DNA of 64,000 bases from Spirochaetota bacterium (GTDB taxonomy: Bacteria > Spirochaetota > UBA4802 > UBA5550): positions 2,112,001-2,176,000 of the forward strand of contig OY760686.1 of the NCBI GenBank assembly GCA_963663865.1, written 5' to 3'. Positions 49,158-58,928 of this stretch are shown piece after piece; the first letter of the stretch is position 1, and every line of letters begins with the position of its first letter. The notes under the pieces are model-generated. The model saw only the letters and a list, made by a program, of their open reading frames with translations. It was not told where the DNA came from and made no database searches. The translations under genes and the position numbers were made by a program.

Positions 49158-50174
49158 TTAGCTTAACAGCTTTTCTTCAGTGAATGCCCTGAGCATGGGC
49201 CCCAGGTACCACGACTCACAGCTGCGGTTCATGATGTAGCCGCAGTGCCCGCCTCTTTTTTGAAGGATGAACCGCACGCTCGGACTCATGGGCGATGACA
49301 TTAAATCTGAAACAGGAATTATCGGATCGTCTTCGGACATCAGCAGGGTGAAGGGAATTTTTATGCTGTCGAAGTAACCCTCTTTGAGCGTATAGTTGCC
49401 AAAATAGTCCTCAAGTGAACTGAACGATGTGTACTGGTCGAGCAGCTTCTCCGTCATGGGTATGCACGCGTAGAGCGACAGAATGCCGCTGAAATCATAT
49501 ATCTCCGGAAAAAGGTCCTGTTTAGCCGCAAGCGACCTCTTCCACTTTCCAAGAAAGTACTTTTTAATGAATGCAGTCCTGTCAACCCTGCGTGTTGAAT
49601 CAAGCGGGTCTATCGGAGGATTGACAGCGAAGACGTGCCTTAAACCCGTATACCCCTCTTCAGAGGCCATCCTGGCTATCCGGACACAGAAGTTTGCCCC
49701 CATTGAAAAGCCCGCCAGTCCGGCGCTTCGGCCTCTTCCGAACTGTCTGACTGCCTCTTTTACGGCGGAATAAGCCTCTTCAATCATCGTGCCCAGGAAA
49801 AAACCGGTATTGAGATGATGGCTTTCGCCGTGATCACGCATATTGAGCCTGAAAACGCTGAAACCCAGGTCATAGAAGAACCTGCCTGTGCTTACCATAT
49901 ACGCCGAGTTGGCACTGCCTTCCCATCCATGAAGCAGAATAATAAGCCCCCGCGGCGGCGTTCCTTCCGGCTCGGAGAGGAAGCCCTGAAGCCTGACACC
50001 GTTTCCAGCGTCAATGATCTTCTCCCGGCTGTTCAGCTCAAGCCCGCCGCTTCCCCTGTTTCTGAACCTCGCGCTGTTCAGGAGCGTCTGCACCATTGCC
50101 CCTCTCAGGTACCAGGGCGGATTGAATCTCATTTCGGCATCGTTGTTAATTAGAGCATCATCCTCAATACGCAT
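49158..50174 (-). CDS. YheT-like alpha/beta hydrolase
   Basis: HGWEGS, GFSMG, DDPII, GGHCGY. Confidence 0.88.
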   Translation of the reverse strand: MRIEDDALINNDAEMRFNPPWYLRGAMVQTLLNSARFRNRGSGGLELNSREKIIDAGNGVRLQGFLSEPEGTPPRGLIILLHGWEGSANSAYMVSTGRFFYDLGFSVFRLNMRDHGESHHLNTGFFLGTMIEEAYSAVKEAVRQFGRGRSAGLAGFSMGANFCVRIARMASEEGYTGLRHVFAVNPPIDPLDSTRRVDRTAFIKKYFLGKWKRSLAAKQDLFPEIYDFSGILSLYACIPMTEKLLDQYTSFSSLEDYFGNYTLKEGYFDSIKIPFTLLMSEDDPIIPVSDLMSSPMSPSVRFILQKRGGHCGYIMNRSCESWYLGPMLRAFTEEKLLS

Positions 50175-50186
50175 TTAAACCTCTGT

Positions 50187-51032
50187 CTATCTGTCAGCCG
50201 CGTGATATGAACTTCTGACAAGCGGCCCCGACATAACCCTCTGAAATCCTATCGAACGGGCGTATTCCGCTATAACGTCAAACTCATCCGGGCTGTAGTA
50301 ACGCTCGACCGGGCAGCTGTTCCTGTCCGGAGTAAGGTACTGTCCGACCGTGAGCGACACGCAGCCCGCATCTCTGAGGTCCCTCAGGGTTGAATATATT
50401 TCTTCAAGGGTTTCTCCGAAGCCGACCATGAGCCCGGATTTCGCCTCAAATCCTCTTGATGCTGCTGCCGCTATTAGCGACAGCGATAAATCGTAGTCGC
50501 CAAGAGGCCGGAGTTTTCCGAAACGGCTTCTCACAACCTCAATGTTGTGATTTATCACATCAGGCCCCGTTTCTGATATTTCGTCAAGCGATGATTCCAT
50601 TCTTCCCTTAAAATCGGGAACGAGAAGCTCAATTCCTGTTCCGGGGCAGCTCTCTTTAATTTGAAGAACTGTACGCGCGAACTGCCCCGCGCCCCTGTCC
50701 GCAAGATCATCCCGGGTCACGGATGTTATAACTGAGTACTTGAGCCCCATGAGCTTTACGGCTTCCGCGACTTTCCGCGGCTCATCAACATCGGGGGGCT
50801 GAGGACTTCCCTTTGCTATTCCGCAATAGGCGCAATTTCTGGTGCAGACATCGCCGAGTATGAGAAATGTGGCCGTACCCATACCGAAGCATTCGCCCAT
50901 ATTGGGGCATCCAGCCTCGACGCAGACTGTGTGCAGGCCCCTTTCCCTTATGAGGCGGTTTACCCTGACGAACTCGCTGCCGCCCGGAATTGTAAACTTG
51001 AGCCATTCGGGCTTTCTTTTCAGGGTTCCCAT
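50187..51032 (-). CDS. lipA: lipoyl synthase
   Basis: KPEWL, CVEAGCPNMGEC, CTRNCAYC, RSSY. Confidence 0.96.
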   Translation of the reverse strand: MGTLKRKPEWLKFTIPGGSEFVRVNRLIRERGLHTVCVEAGCPNMGECFGMGTATFLILGDVCTRNCAYCGIAKGSPQPPDVDEPRKVAEAVKLMGLKYSVITSVTRDDLADRGAGQFARTVLQIKESCPGTGIELLVPDFKGRMESSLDEISETGPDVINHNIEVVRSRFGKLRPLGDYDLSLSLIAAAASRGFEAKSGLMVGFGETLEEIYSTLRDLRDAGCVSLTVGQYLTPDRNSCPVERYYSPDEFDVIAEYARSIGFQRVMSGPLVRSSYHAADR

Positions 51033-52441
51033 TTAAGCACCGGTTTTCTCGCGGCAGTGACGGCATCGACCCGCCTGAATTTCAACGAGCAGGGAGCGCT
51101 TTTTACAAGCTCCGGTTCCGTCTCTGCCTCATCAAGTATGGCAAACATGGCCTCAACAAATCCGTCCAATGACGAAAGGCTCTCGGTCTCAGTCGGCTCT
51201 ATCATCATGGCCCCTTCAATAATCAGAGGGAAATAGACCGTCGGCGCGTGGAATCCGTAGTCAAGGAGCCGCTTCGCAATATCGTTTGTTGTGACTCCGT
51301 TTGGAACATTGCGGTCGTTCAGCACAAACTCGTGCATGCATGTCCTGTCAATCGGGAGATTGTATCTTGTACGAAGCTTTTCTTTGAGATAGTTCGCGTT
51401 CAAAACGGCCTTTTCGGAAACATCGCGTATCCCGTCAGGGCCGAGCACGGTTATATATGTCCAGGCTTTTAGTGCAACCTGAAAGTTCCCGTAAAAGGAG
51501 TGTACGCATCCGATTGACTTAGGCCTGTCAGAAACGAGCCTGTACTCGTTGCCCTCTTTTTCAACCGTCGGAACAGGCAGATATTTTGAGAGCCTTTCCG
51601 TGACACCGACAGGACCTGAACCAGGGCCGCCGCCGCCGTGGGGTGTAGAAAAGGTTTTATGCAGATTTATGTGCATGAGATCGAAACCCATATCGGCAAC
51701 CCTGGCTTTCCCCATTACGGCATTGAGATTGGCTCCGTCGCAGTAAAACAGCGATTCGTTTTTGTGAAGAAGCGAGGCTATTTCCAATATGCGCCTGTCG
51801 AAAAGGCCCAGTGTACTCGGGCTTGTGAGCATCATTGCCGCGACATCGGGTGTAATGAGCCCGCGCAGAGCGTCAATGTCGACATCTCCGTCAGGAGATG
51901 AAGGGACACTTTTTATTTCAAATCCGCATATAGCCACAGATGCGGGGTTTGTCCCGTGTGCCGAATCGGGGATCAGTATTGTGCCCCTCTTCTCGCCGGT
52001 ATCCTCAAAATACTTTTTGATCATCATTACCGCTGTCAGCTCACCATGAGCCCCCGCGGCAGGCTGCAGTGTGAAGGCATCCATTCCTGTTATAGCGCAA
52101 AGATACCCTGAAAGTTCGTGCATAACCCTGAGAGCGCCCTGTGACAGTCCTTCGTCAGCGGCAGGGTGCAGTCCGGCAAAACCGGGCATTGCGGCGATCC
52201 GCTCGTTAAGCTTTGGATTGTGCTTCATCGTGCAGCTGCCCAGCGGATACATCCCCGTGTCGACACCGAAGTTGAGATGTGAAAGCCCCGTATAGTGCCT
52301 CACTACCTCTGTCTCGTTAACGTCAGGAAGATTGAGCCGGCCGCGCAGGTATGCCTGAGGAATATCATCTACTTTAACGTCTTTCGCATCTGAATAGTAC
52401 TTATTTTTGCCCTTTTCGCTCAGATCAAATATTGTGCTCAT
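51020..52441 (-). CDS. gcvPB: glycine dehydrogenase subunit 2
   Basis: YPLGSCTMK, QPAAGAHGE, SAHGTNPAS, NLHKTFSTPHGGGGPG, IEPTETE. Confidence 0.96.
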   Translation of the reverse strand: MSTIFDLSEKGKNKYYSDAKDVKVDDIPQAYLRGRLNLPDVNETEVVRHYTGLSHLNFGVDTGMYPLGSCTMKHNPKLNERIAAMPGFAGLHPAADEGLSQGALRVMHELSGYLCAITGMDAFTLQPAAGAHGELTAVMMIKKYFEDTGEKRGTILIPDSAHGTNPASVAICGFEIKSVPSSPDGDVDIDALRGLITPDVAAMMLTSPSTLGLFDRRILEIASLLHKNESLFYCDGANLNAVMGKARVADMGFDLMHINLHKTFSTPHGGGGPGSGPVGVTERLSKYLPVPTVEKEGNEYRLVSDRPKSIGCVHSFYGNFQVALKAWTYITVLGPDGIRDVSEKAVLNANYLKEKLRTRYNLPIDRTCMHEFVLNDRNVPNGVTTNDIAKRLLDYGFHAPTVYFPLIIEGAMMIEPTETESLSSLDGFVEAMFAILDEAETEPELVKSAPCSLKFRRVDAVTAARKPVLKWEP

Positions 52442-53772
52442 TTCACTCTCCCCGTCACACGCCCGGCCTCATGGACAAAGCGGTCAATGTCTTCTTTTGT
52501 AAGCTTTTCCGTCGCACAGAAGAGCACGCAATTTTCGAGGCCTTCAAAATCCCTTAGCTCAATTCCGGGCACATAGCCTTTTTCCGATAGCCTCCTGATG
52601 AACGATGAAGAATCTTCGGTTCTAAGGACAAATTCGTTGAAGAAGGGGGCCTTGAACTCCTCGACAAGCCCGGCCTTAATCAGCGATTCCTTTAGATAGA
52701 GAGCGAGATTGTGATTTAACGCTGCGATTTCAGCAAGACCCGGCCCTGCTATTGAAAGATACATAACAGCTCTCAGGGCGAGATGTCCTTCGTTTGAACA
52801 TATATTTGATGTGGCACGCTCTCTTCTGATGTGCTGCTCCCTCGTCTGAAGCGTAAGCACGTATGACTCCCTGCCGTCCGCGTCAGAGGTGCGTCCTACA
52901 AGACGGCCCGGCATTTTTCTCGTAAACTCCTTCGTTGCGGCGACAAATCCGAGCAACGGCCCGCCGAACGCCGGATAGTTCCCAAAGCTCTGGGCCTCAC
53001 CGCAGACTATATCAGCGCCGCATTCCCCCGGCCCCTTCAGAATTCCAAGGGATACAGCTTCCGCTACAACGGTTATCATCAATACGCCCTGATTTTTAGC
53101 CGAAGCTGAAAGAGCGCTCAGGTCTTCGATTGAACCGAAGAAATTCGGATTTTGAACGATGATTGCCGCGGTATTGCTGTCTATAATCTCTTCTATGTCA
53201 GCCGGCGAGGTAATTCCATCTTCGCAACGAGTGAACACAAGCTCAAGTCCTGCCGCACTCGCGTAGGTTTCGAGCACAAGCCTGTAATTATTGTTAAGAG
53301 CCCCCGAAACGGCAAAACGGCTCTTCCCGGTATGCGCCCTCGCCATCAGGGCCGACTCTGCCAGGGCCGTAGCGCCGTCGTACATGCTGGCATTGGATAC
53401 ATCCATCGACGTGAGCGAACACATCACAGTCTGGAACTCAAATATAGCTGTAAGCGTCCCCTGGCTTACCTCCGGCTGATACGGCGTATACGCGGTCAAG
53501 AACTCCGACCTGGAGGAGAGGTAGTCCACTGCTGCGGGAACATAGTGGTCATAAACGCCGCCGCCAGCGAACACCTGGCCGGAAGCGTTCAGTGAAGCAA
53601 GCTGATTGGCCCTTCTCTCAGTCTGAAGCTGTGATAGCGGCTCCGGGAGCGGAAGCCTTTCCGAAAGCCTGATTTGCCCTGGAATATCTGAGAAAAGCTC
53701 ATCCACGGTGGATTTACCAACCGCAGCGAGCATCTTGCGGGTGTCTTCATCGTTCAATGGAATGTATGACAT
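52438..53772 (-). CDS. gcvPA: glycine dehydrogenase subunit 1
   Basis: TAYTPYQPEVSQG, NASMYDGATA, LQTREQHIRRERATSNICSN. Confidence 0.96.
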   Translation of the reverse strand: MSYIPLNDEDTRKMLAAVGKSTVDELFSDIPGQIRLSERLPLPEPLSQLQTERRANQLASLNASGQVFAGGGVYDHYVPAAVDYLSSRSEFLTAYTPYQPEVSQGTLTAIFEFQTVMCSLTSMDVSNASMYDGATALAESALMARAHTGKSRFAVSGALNNNYRLVLETYASAAGLELVFTRCEDGITSPADIEEIIDSNTAAIIVQNPNFFGSIEDLSALSASAKNQGVLMITVVAEAVSLGILKGPGECGADIVCGEAQSFGNYPAFGGPLLGFVAATKEFTRKMPGRLVGRTSDADGRESYVLTLQTREQHIRRERATSNICSNEGHLALRAVMYLSIAGPGLAEIAALNHNLALYLKESLIKAGLVEEFKAPFFNEFVLRTEDSSSFIRRLSEKGYVPGIELRDFEGLENCVLFCATEKLTKEDIDRFVHEAGRVTGRVK

Positions 53773-53773
53773 C

Positions 53774-54166
53774 TTATTCTCCGGATTCAACAAAGTCTTT
53801 ATAGGCAGCTGCGTCCATAAGCCCTGAGAGCTCCTCCGGATTTGACATTTTCAGCTTAAAAATCCATCCGTTGCCATAAGGATCCTCGTTAATATTCTCG
53901 GGAGCGTCCTCAAGCGAAAGGTTCGCTTCGATTACTTCCCCTGAAACCGGGCTGTAAATGTCCGACACAGCCTTAACCGACTCTACAACGGCTGCCCGGT
54001 CACCCTTACTGAGGACCTTTCCGTTCTCCGGCAGCTCTGCAAAAACTATGTCGGTAAGCATGTGCTGAGCATGATCCGTTATGCCGCACGTTGCTGTTCC
54101 GTCACCGTTATCCTTAACCCATTCATGTTCCTGTGTGTACTTTAATCCGTCGATTATCTGGCTCAT
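53774..54166 (-). CDS. gcvH: glycine cleavage system H protein
   Basis: HEWV, GITDHAQ, lipoyl site VESVKAVSD, DPYGNGW. Confidence 0.96.
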   Translation of the reverse strand: MSQIIDGLKYTQEHEWVKDNGDGTATCGITDHAQHMLTDIVFAELPENGKVLSKGDRAAVVESVKAVSDIYSPVSGEVIEANLSLEDAPENINEDPYGNGWIFKLKMSNPEELSGLMDAAAYKDFVESGE

Positions 54167-54256
54167 TTTTTTCTCCATATTGATTATTTTACAGCTCAAT
54201 TATATCAAAACGGCCAAACCCCGCTTACATCTCTCCGGGGCATAAGGCTTTAATTT

Positions 54257-55345
54257 TCAATCCCTGTAAGGGTAAAAGGGCCTGCCGACTGTAAGCGCTG
54301 ACACCGGCCTTTCTCTGATAAGAACCTCAAGCCCCGTACCGGGCTGATAGTCTCCCTTTTCAAGAAGCGCCATGGCTATGCCCTTCTGCATAAGCGGGGA
54401 GTAGAGACCGCTGGTGACACATCCAACATCGCGCCCGTCTTTGAGCACCCGGTATCCCTCACGGGGAATGCCCCTCCCTGTAATCTCAAGGCAGACAGTC
54501 GTCCTTGTCGGAGACTTTTTGAGTTCAAGAAGTGCGTCCCTGCCGCAATATGCTTCATCGGAACTGACGAGCCAGCCGAGGCCGGCTTCCACCGGGCTGA
54601 TTTCATCTGAAAGCTCATGTCCGTACAGCGAATAAGAGGCCTCAATCCTGAGGCTGTCGCGCGCGCCCAATCCGCATGGCATGAGCCCCAGAGGCCTGCC
54701 AATCCTGAGAATCTCGTCCCACAGCTCACATACATCTTCTTCGTCGACGTAAAGCTCATATCCTTTTTCGCCGGTGTATCCTGTCTTTGAGACCAGAATG
54801 TTTTGTCCGTTCCACCCGGTCTCCGCAAATTCAAAACGGCCCAGTTTAACCGCCGGGTCATTATCCCCCAGAAGAGCGGCAAGAATTTCTCCGGAACGAG
54901 GCCCCTGCAGGTCGAGCTTGGCCGTGTCGTCAGAAATATTGGTTATCTCGACGCCGGGCGCTATGTTCACTGCAAGAGCTGTGTAATCCTTAATAATGTT
55001 TGCCGCGTTTACTACGATCATGTACTTCTCTTCGGAAAACATGTAGATAAATATGTCATCAACCGTTCCGCCATTTTCATTGCAGATGCAGCTGTACATG
55101 GCCCTGCCGGGAACAAGCCTGTCAAGGCGTGTGGGGATAACGCGTTTTAGAAGCACTTTGCTTTTCGCCCCCTCAACGATGAACTCCCCCATGTGGGAAA
55201 TATCAAAAAGGCCTGCGGCGTTCCTGACTGCCATGTGCTCTTCAATTATAGATGTGTACATTACCGGCAGTTCCCAGCCGGCAAAATCAACCATGCTCCC
55301 GCCGGCGTGAATATGCCGGTCGTACAGAGGCGTTCTGAGACTCAT
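54257..55345 (-). CDS. gcvT: aminomethyltransferase (glycine cleavage T protein)
   Basis: RTPLY, FAGWELP, GLFDISHMG, TGYTGE, GLGARDSLRIEA. Confidence 0.96.
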   Translation of the reverse strand: MSLRTPLYDRHIHAGGSMVDFAGWELPVMYTSIIEEHMAVRNAAGLFDISHMGEFIVEGAKSKVLLKRVIPTRLDRLVPGRAMYSCICNENGGTVDDIFIYMFSEEKYMIVVNAANIIKDYTALAVNIAPGVEITNISDDTAKLDLQGPRSGEILAALLGDNDPAVKLGRFEFAETGWNGQNILVSKTGYTGEKGYELYVDEEDVCELWDEILRIGRPLGLMPCGLGARDSLRIEASYSLYGHELSDEISPVEAGLGWLVSSDEAYCGRDALLELKKSPTRTTVCLEITGRGIPREGYRVLKDGRDVGCVTSGLYSPLMQKGIAMALLEKGDYQPGTGLEVLIRERPVSALTVGRPFYPYRD

Positions 55346-56676
55346 TTCATTCTCCTTAGACAAAAATCGGCCGCCTTCATGAGGGCGTCATCGACCTCAC
55401 TGAGTGCCGGGCAATACGCCATTTCCACTCTTCGCAATTCACTTACTGTCAGGCCGAACTCAATTGCCGCGCTGACAATATTTATCCTCGACGCCGCGCC
55501 CTCTCTTCCGACCGCCTGCGCTCCAAGAACGCGTCCGGTTGAGGTGTCAGCGATTAATTTCACTGTTATCTCCGATGATCCTTTCATATAGTGAGGCAGA
55601 GTGTGCGTCTTTATTTTCCCTGCCGCGGCCGAGTATCCCGCAGCTTTTGCAGCGGCAAGGGTGAAACCTGTTCCCGCGGCCTCAAGCCCGCCTATCTCTG
55701 TTACAAATGTTCCCGCGGTCCCTCTGTACTCCTCATTTCCGCCGGCGGCATTGGCGCCGGCGGACAGGCCCTGTTTGTATGCCGAGGTCGCAAGCTTCGC
55801 CGGAGAAGGAGTCCCGTCGATTACCGACCAGCCTGATACGCAGTCTCCGGCAGCGTATACGTCCTTGAGGTTTGTTTCGAGCCTTGAATTCACCCTGATT
55901 CCGGCTTTGTCAGTCTCAATGCCCGACACGGCCGCGAATGAAACATCGGGTCTGAAACCGGCAGCCATCACCGCGAAATCGGCTTCGAAAATTGTGCCAC
56001 CGGCCCTTATTCCTGTAAAGCTTTCATCTCCTAAAACCTCCTCTACGGCGGTTCCGCCCTGGAATTCAATCCCTGATTCTTTTATACGCTCCAGAACAGC
56101 CTCGGACATGTCCGGGTCGAGCACTCCGGGAAGCGGACTTTCCTTCATTTCGAATACCGTAACCCTTTCGAGTCTGGCCTTAAGCGCGACAGCGGTCTCA
56201 AGCCCGATGGCGCCGGCACCGATCACAAAGGCTGAGCTGGCTCCCTCTGCCGACGCCAAAACAGCTTCAAGATCAGGCCGCGAAGCAAGTGTGTGCAATC
56301 CTCTGCCTCTGAGACGGGTTGAGCCCGGCACAGGCGGTATCACCGGGGATGCGCCGGTACATATAATAAGCGAGTCATAGTGATACTCTGCCTTTGTGCC
56401 GTCAAAGAGCTTAACCTCAACCATTTTACTGTCATGACATACAACCGACAGATGCCCTCTGACTCTCGTTACGCCGGATCTTTCAAGCTGGATGTCCTGA
56501 CATAGTCCCGCTCTGTCGGCCTTACCTTCTATGGCATACGGGAGACCGCACGGATGCAGCAGGTCATGCTCCTTGGGATCTATAACGGTAATAACGGCAT
56601 CCCTGGAGACCTTTCTTATTCCGGCCATGGCCGCGAATCCAGCCGAGCCGAGCCCCGCTATGATGATGTTTTTCAT
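55342..56676 (-). CDS. FAD-dependent pyridine nucleotide-disulfide oxidoreductase (NADH oxidase / CoA-disulfide reductase family)
   Basis: GLGSAG, single redox Cys in HPCGLPY, GAGAIGLE, YAAGDC, AYCPALS; ATGA overlap with gcvT. Confidence 0.88.
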   Translation of the reverse strand: MKNIIIAGLGSAGFAAMAGIRKVSRDAVITVIDPKEHDLLHPCGLPYAIEGKADRAGLCQDIQLERSGVTRVRGHLSVVCHDSKMVEVKLFDGTKAEYHYDSLIICTGASPVIPPVPGSTRLRGRGLHTLASRPDLEAVLASAEGASSAFVIGAGAIGLETAVALKARLERVTVFEMKESPLPGVLDPDMSEAVLERIKESGIEFQGGTAVEEVLGDESFTGIRAGGTIFEADFAVMAAGFRPDVSFAAVSGIETDKAGIRVNSRLETNLKDVYAAGDCVSGWSVIDGTPSPAKLATSAYKQGLSAGANAAGGNEEYRGTAGTFVTEIGGLEAAGTGFTLAAAKAAGYSAAAGKIKTHTLPHYMKGSSEITVKLIADTSTGRVLGAQAVGREGAASRINIVSAAIEFGLTVSELRRVEMAYCPALSEVDDALMKAADFCLRRMK

Positions 56677-56752
56677 TCTGCTGATTATCCTTTATAATAT
56701 CTTATGATGTATTTCATCTAACTTTTACGCCATTGCTGAACAAGCGCCGGCA

Positions 56753-57196
56753 TTAGAGCACATACGGCACCATCAGATTATAGGACTTGTAGACCACAAA
56801 GGTTTCAACGGACTGAACGAGCTTTATCCTGGAGACCTCCTGAGTGTAGAACTCAAGCAGGCCGAAACCGGCCTTAAGAAGCACTGTAGCTATGAGGTCG
56901 TACTGCCCCGTGACGACACAGACATTTACAACGCCGCGGAGCCTGCTGAACTCCTCACCCTTGCTGACAAGATCCATGGTACCGAGTTTAATGCCTATTA
57001 TTACCGTCTGGCAGCCATCAATCTTACCGGGATCAATGAGCGCTGATATATCGACAGCTCCATTTTCGGTCATTCGGTTCAGGCGGCTTCTGACTGTGTT
57101 TTCAGCTACAGAAAGGCTGTCCGCTATCTCCTTCAGAGATTTGCGGCCATTTTTAAGGGATTTTAGGATGGAAAGGTTTAATTCGTCAAGTTCCAT
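56753..57196 (-). CDS. Lrp/AsnC family transcriptional regulator
   Basis: LDELNLSILKSL…EIADSLSVAENTVRSRL, VTGQYDL. Confidence 0.92.
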   Translation of the reverse strand: MELDELNLSILKSLKNGRKSLKEIADSLSVAENTVRSRLNRMTENGAVDISALIDPGKIDGCQTVIIGIKLGTMDLVSKGEEFSRLRGVVNVCVVTGQYDLIATVLLKAGFGLLEFYTQEVSRIKLVQSVETFVVYKSYNLMVPYVL

Positions 57197-57291
57197 AACA
57201 GCTCCTTCTGCCGGCATCGGTTACCACATCGCAGCAGTGAGGATACTGTCAATATTATTTTAATATTTTCAGCATATCAATAGAATATCGA

Positions 57292-58583
57292 TTAAATATT
57301 GATCTTATCCTCGGGAAACGTTACTTTTATCGTAGTCCCGCCTTCCGGGGCAGGCAGGGCTTCAATACTCCCGCCATGGTTACCGTTTATCAGAAAATAG
57401 CTGATATACAGGCCCATGCCGGTATTAAGCCCGACCTCTCCGGTAGTATAAAACGGTCAAATATTCGCGCCCTGATAGACTCGGGAATGCCCGGCCCGTT
57501 GTCGCTAATCGCAAAATAAACCCTGCCGCTGGATACGCCGCTTTCCACTATAATATGAGGCTCGGGCCTTTGCTCCCGGTTTTCATGAACCGCCCGTACG
57601 GCATTCTTGATAATGTTTATTATCACCTGTTCAATCTCAATCCTTACACAGTCAACATAAAGCGGACCCGCCGCAAGCCTTGTTTCTACATAAATCGATG
57701 AGATGTTATATCTCTTCTTCATCTCATAATCCCTTTCCGCCAATTCGACTGACTCTCTTAAAACCAGATTTAAATCCTCTTTTGAGCGACAACGGCTGTC
57801 CGGGCGGGAGAATGATAGCATAGACGATACGATTTTGCCCGACCTTGAGACAGCGTCTTTTATGCTGTCAAGATACCTGATTATCTTCTGCTCATCAAGA
57901 AAGCTGACAATTGATTGAATGTCAGTCCCGTGCTTCAAAGCAGCTTCCCGATTCCTCTCCATCTCAGGAGACAGGTGAACCTTGATGTATTCCAGGGCAA
58001 GGGTGATTATATTCAGCGGGTTGTTTATCTCATGCGCCATGCCTGCCGCAAGGCCGCCGACAGTTTTCATCTTTTCGGAGGTAATCATTGCCTCTATCGT
58101 ATTATGACGCTCAGTAATATCAGCGCAGAGGACCGCCACGTTCTTGATTTTTCCCTCCTCGTCCTTAAGCGGAAAGGTTCTCACATGCATCCATCTCGTT
58201 TCGCCCGAGGGCGTCAGTATGCGAAAAGGCTTGAAATCGTGAGGGATTTCGGGCCTCCCCTGTATGGCTGCTAGGTACTGCCTTGCCGTAACAAGGTCGT
58301 CCGCATGTATTATCTGAATAAGGCTGGCTAATGACTCCATGAAAGATCCGGGCTCATAACCGGTAATTCTCGTGAAGGCTGAATTGACGAACTGAATCCC
58401 TTTAACCTCCGGATCCGTCAGAAAAAATATCTCCGGAAGATTATCCGCCAGAAGCGAGAGCATTCTCTCGGCGTAGGGATATCCCCCAATATCTTTAGAG
58501 CATCTTCCGCGCACGCGAAGAGTGAAAAGCATCAGCCCAAGGACAGCAGCCCCCAGACCGGCTATGATTACATAATATATCAC
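57292..58583 (-). pseudogene. PAS-domain sensor histidine kinase with a 1-nt frameshift near 57455 (pseudogene or sequencing error)
   Basis: H-box GMAHEINNPL, N-box QVIINIIKNA, G1 DNGPGI; frame breaks after RIFD; alternate frame continues FYTTGEVGLNTGMGLYISYFLI…HGGSI…GTTIKVTFP to TAA at 57292. Confidence 0.85.
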
Positions 58584-58928
58584 CTTTCAACTCCTTTCAG
58601 ACATGCCGCACCACCGACAGGCTGAGGATAGATCATGGCGGACAATTAGTCAATAAGTATTAAACATAATACCAAATCAGAAAAAGCATATATTATAACA
58701 TATTCAAATATATTCAATAGGCATTAGCCTAATTCACCTGAAGAAAGTATCTATTATTCCAATATTTTCTTAATAAACGCAAGATTGGCGGCAATTAACC
58801 TGCATTTCATTCTAAATTTCATTTTCCGAAATAATAGTGCTTTAAAAAAACGACTGGAAGTAACAGATTGCTATGGCAACTGTGTTAAACATATGGTGAT
58901 TCCGTTTATGAATAAACAAGAGGTGAAA

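Noticed and set aside
55601-56380. 259-aa antisense ORF, and many other antisense ORFs such as 43315-43902 and 18248-18745
   Set aside because: Shadow frames opposite well-supported genes; no recognisable motifs
56677-56752. Glycine riboswitch upstream of the gcv operon
   Set aside because: The spacer is only 76 nt, AT-rich, and lacks the GGAGA…CCGAAG…CTCTCAGG core
58584-58928. Cobalamin riboswitch or Fur box upstream of the TonB receptor
   Set aside because: No GGGAA…GCCACTG B12 elements; only weak AT-rich similarity to a Fur box
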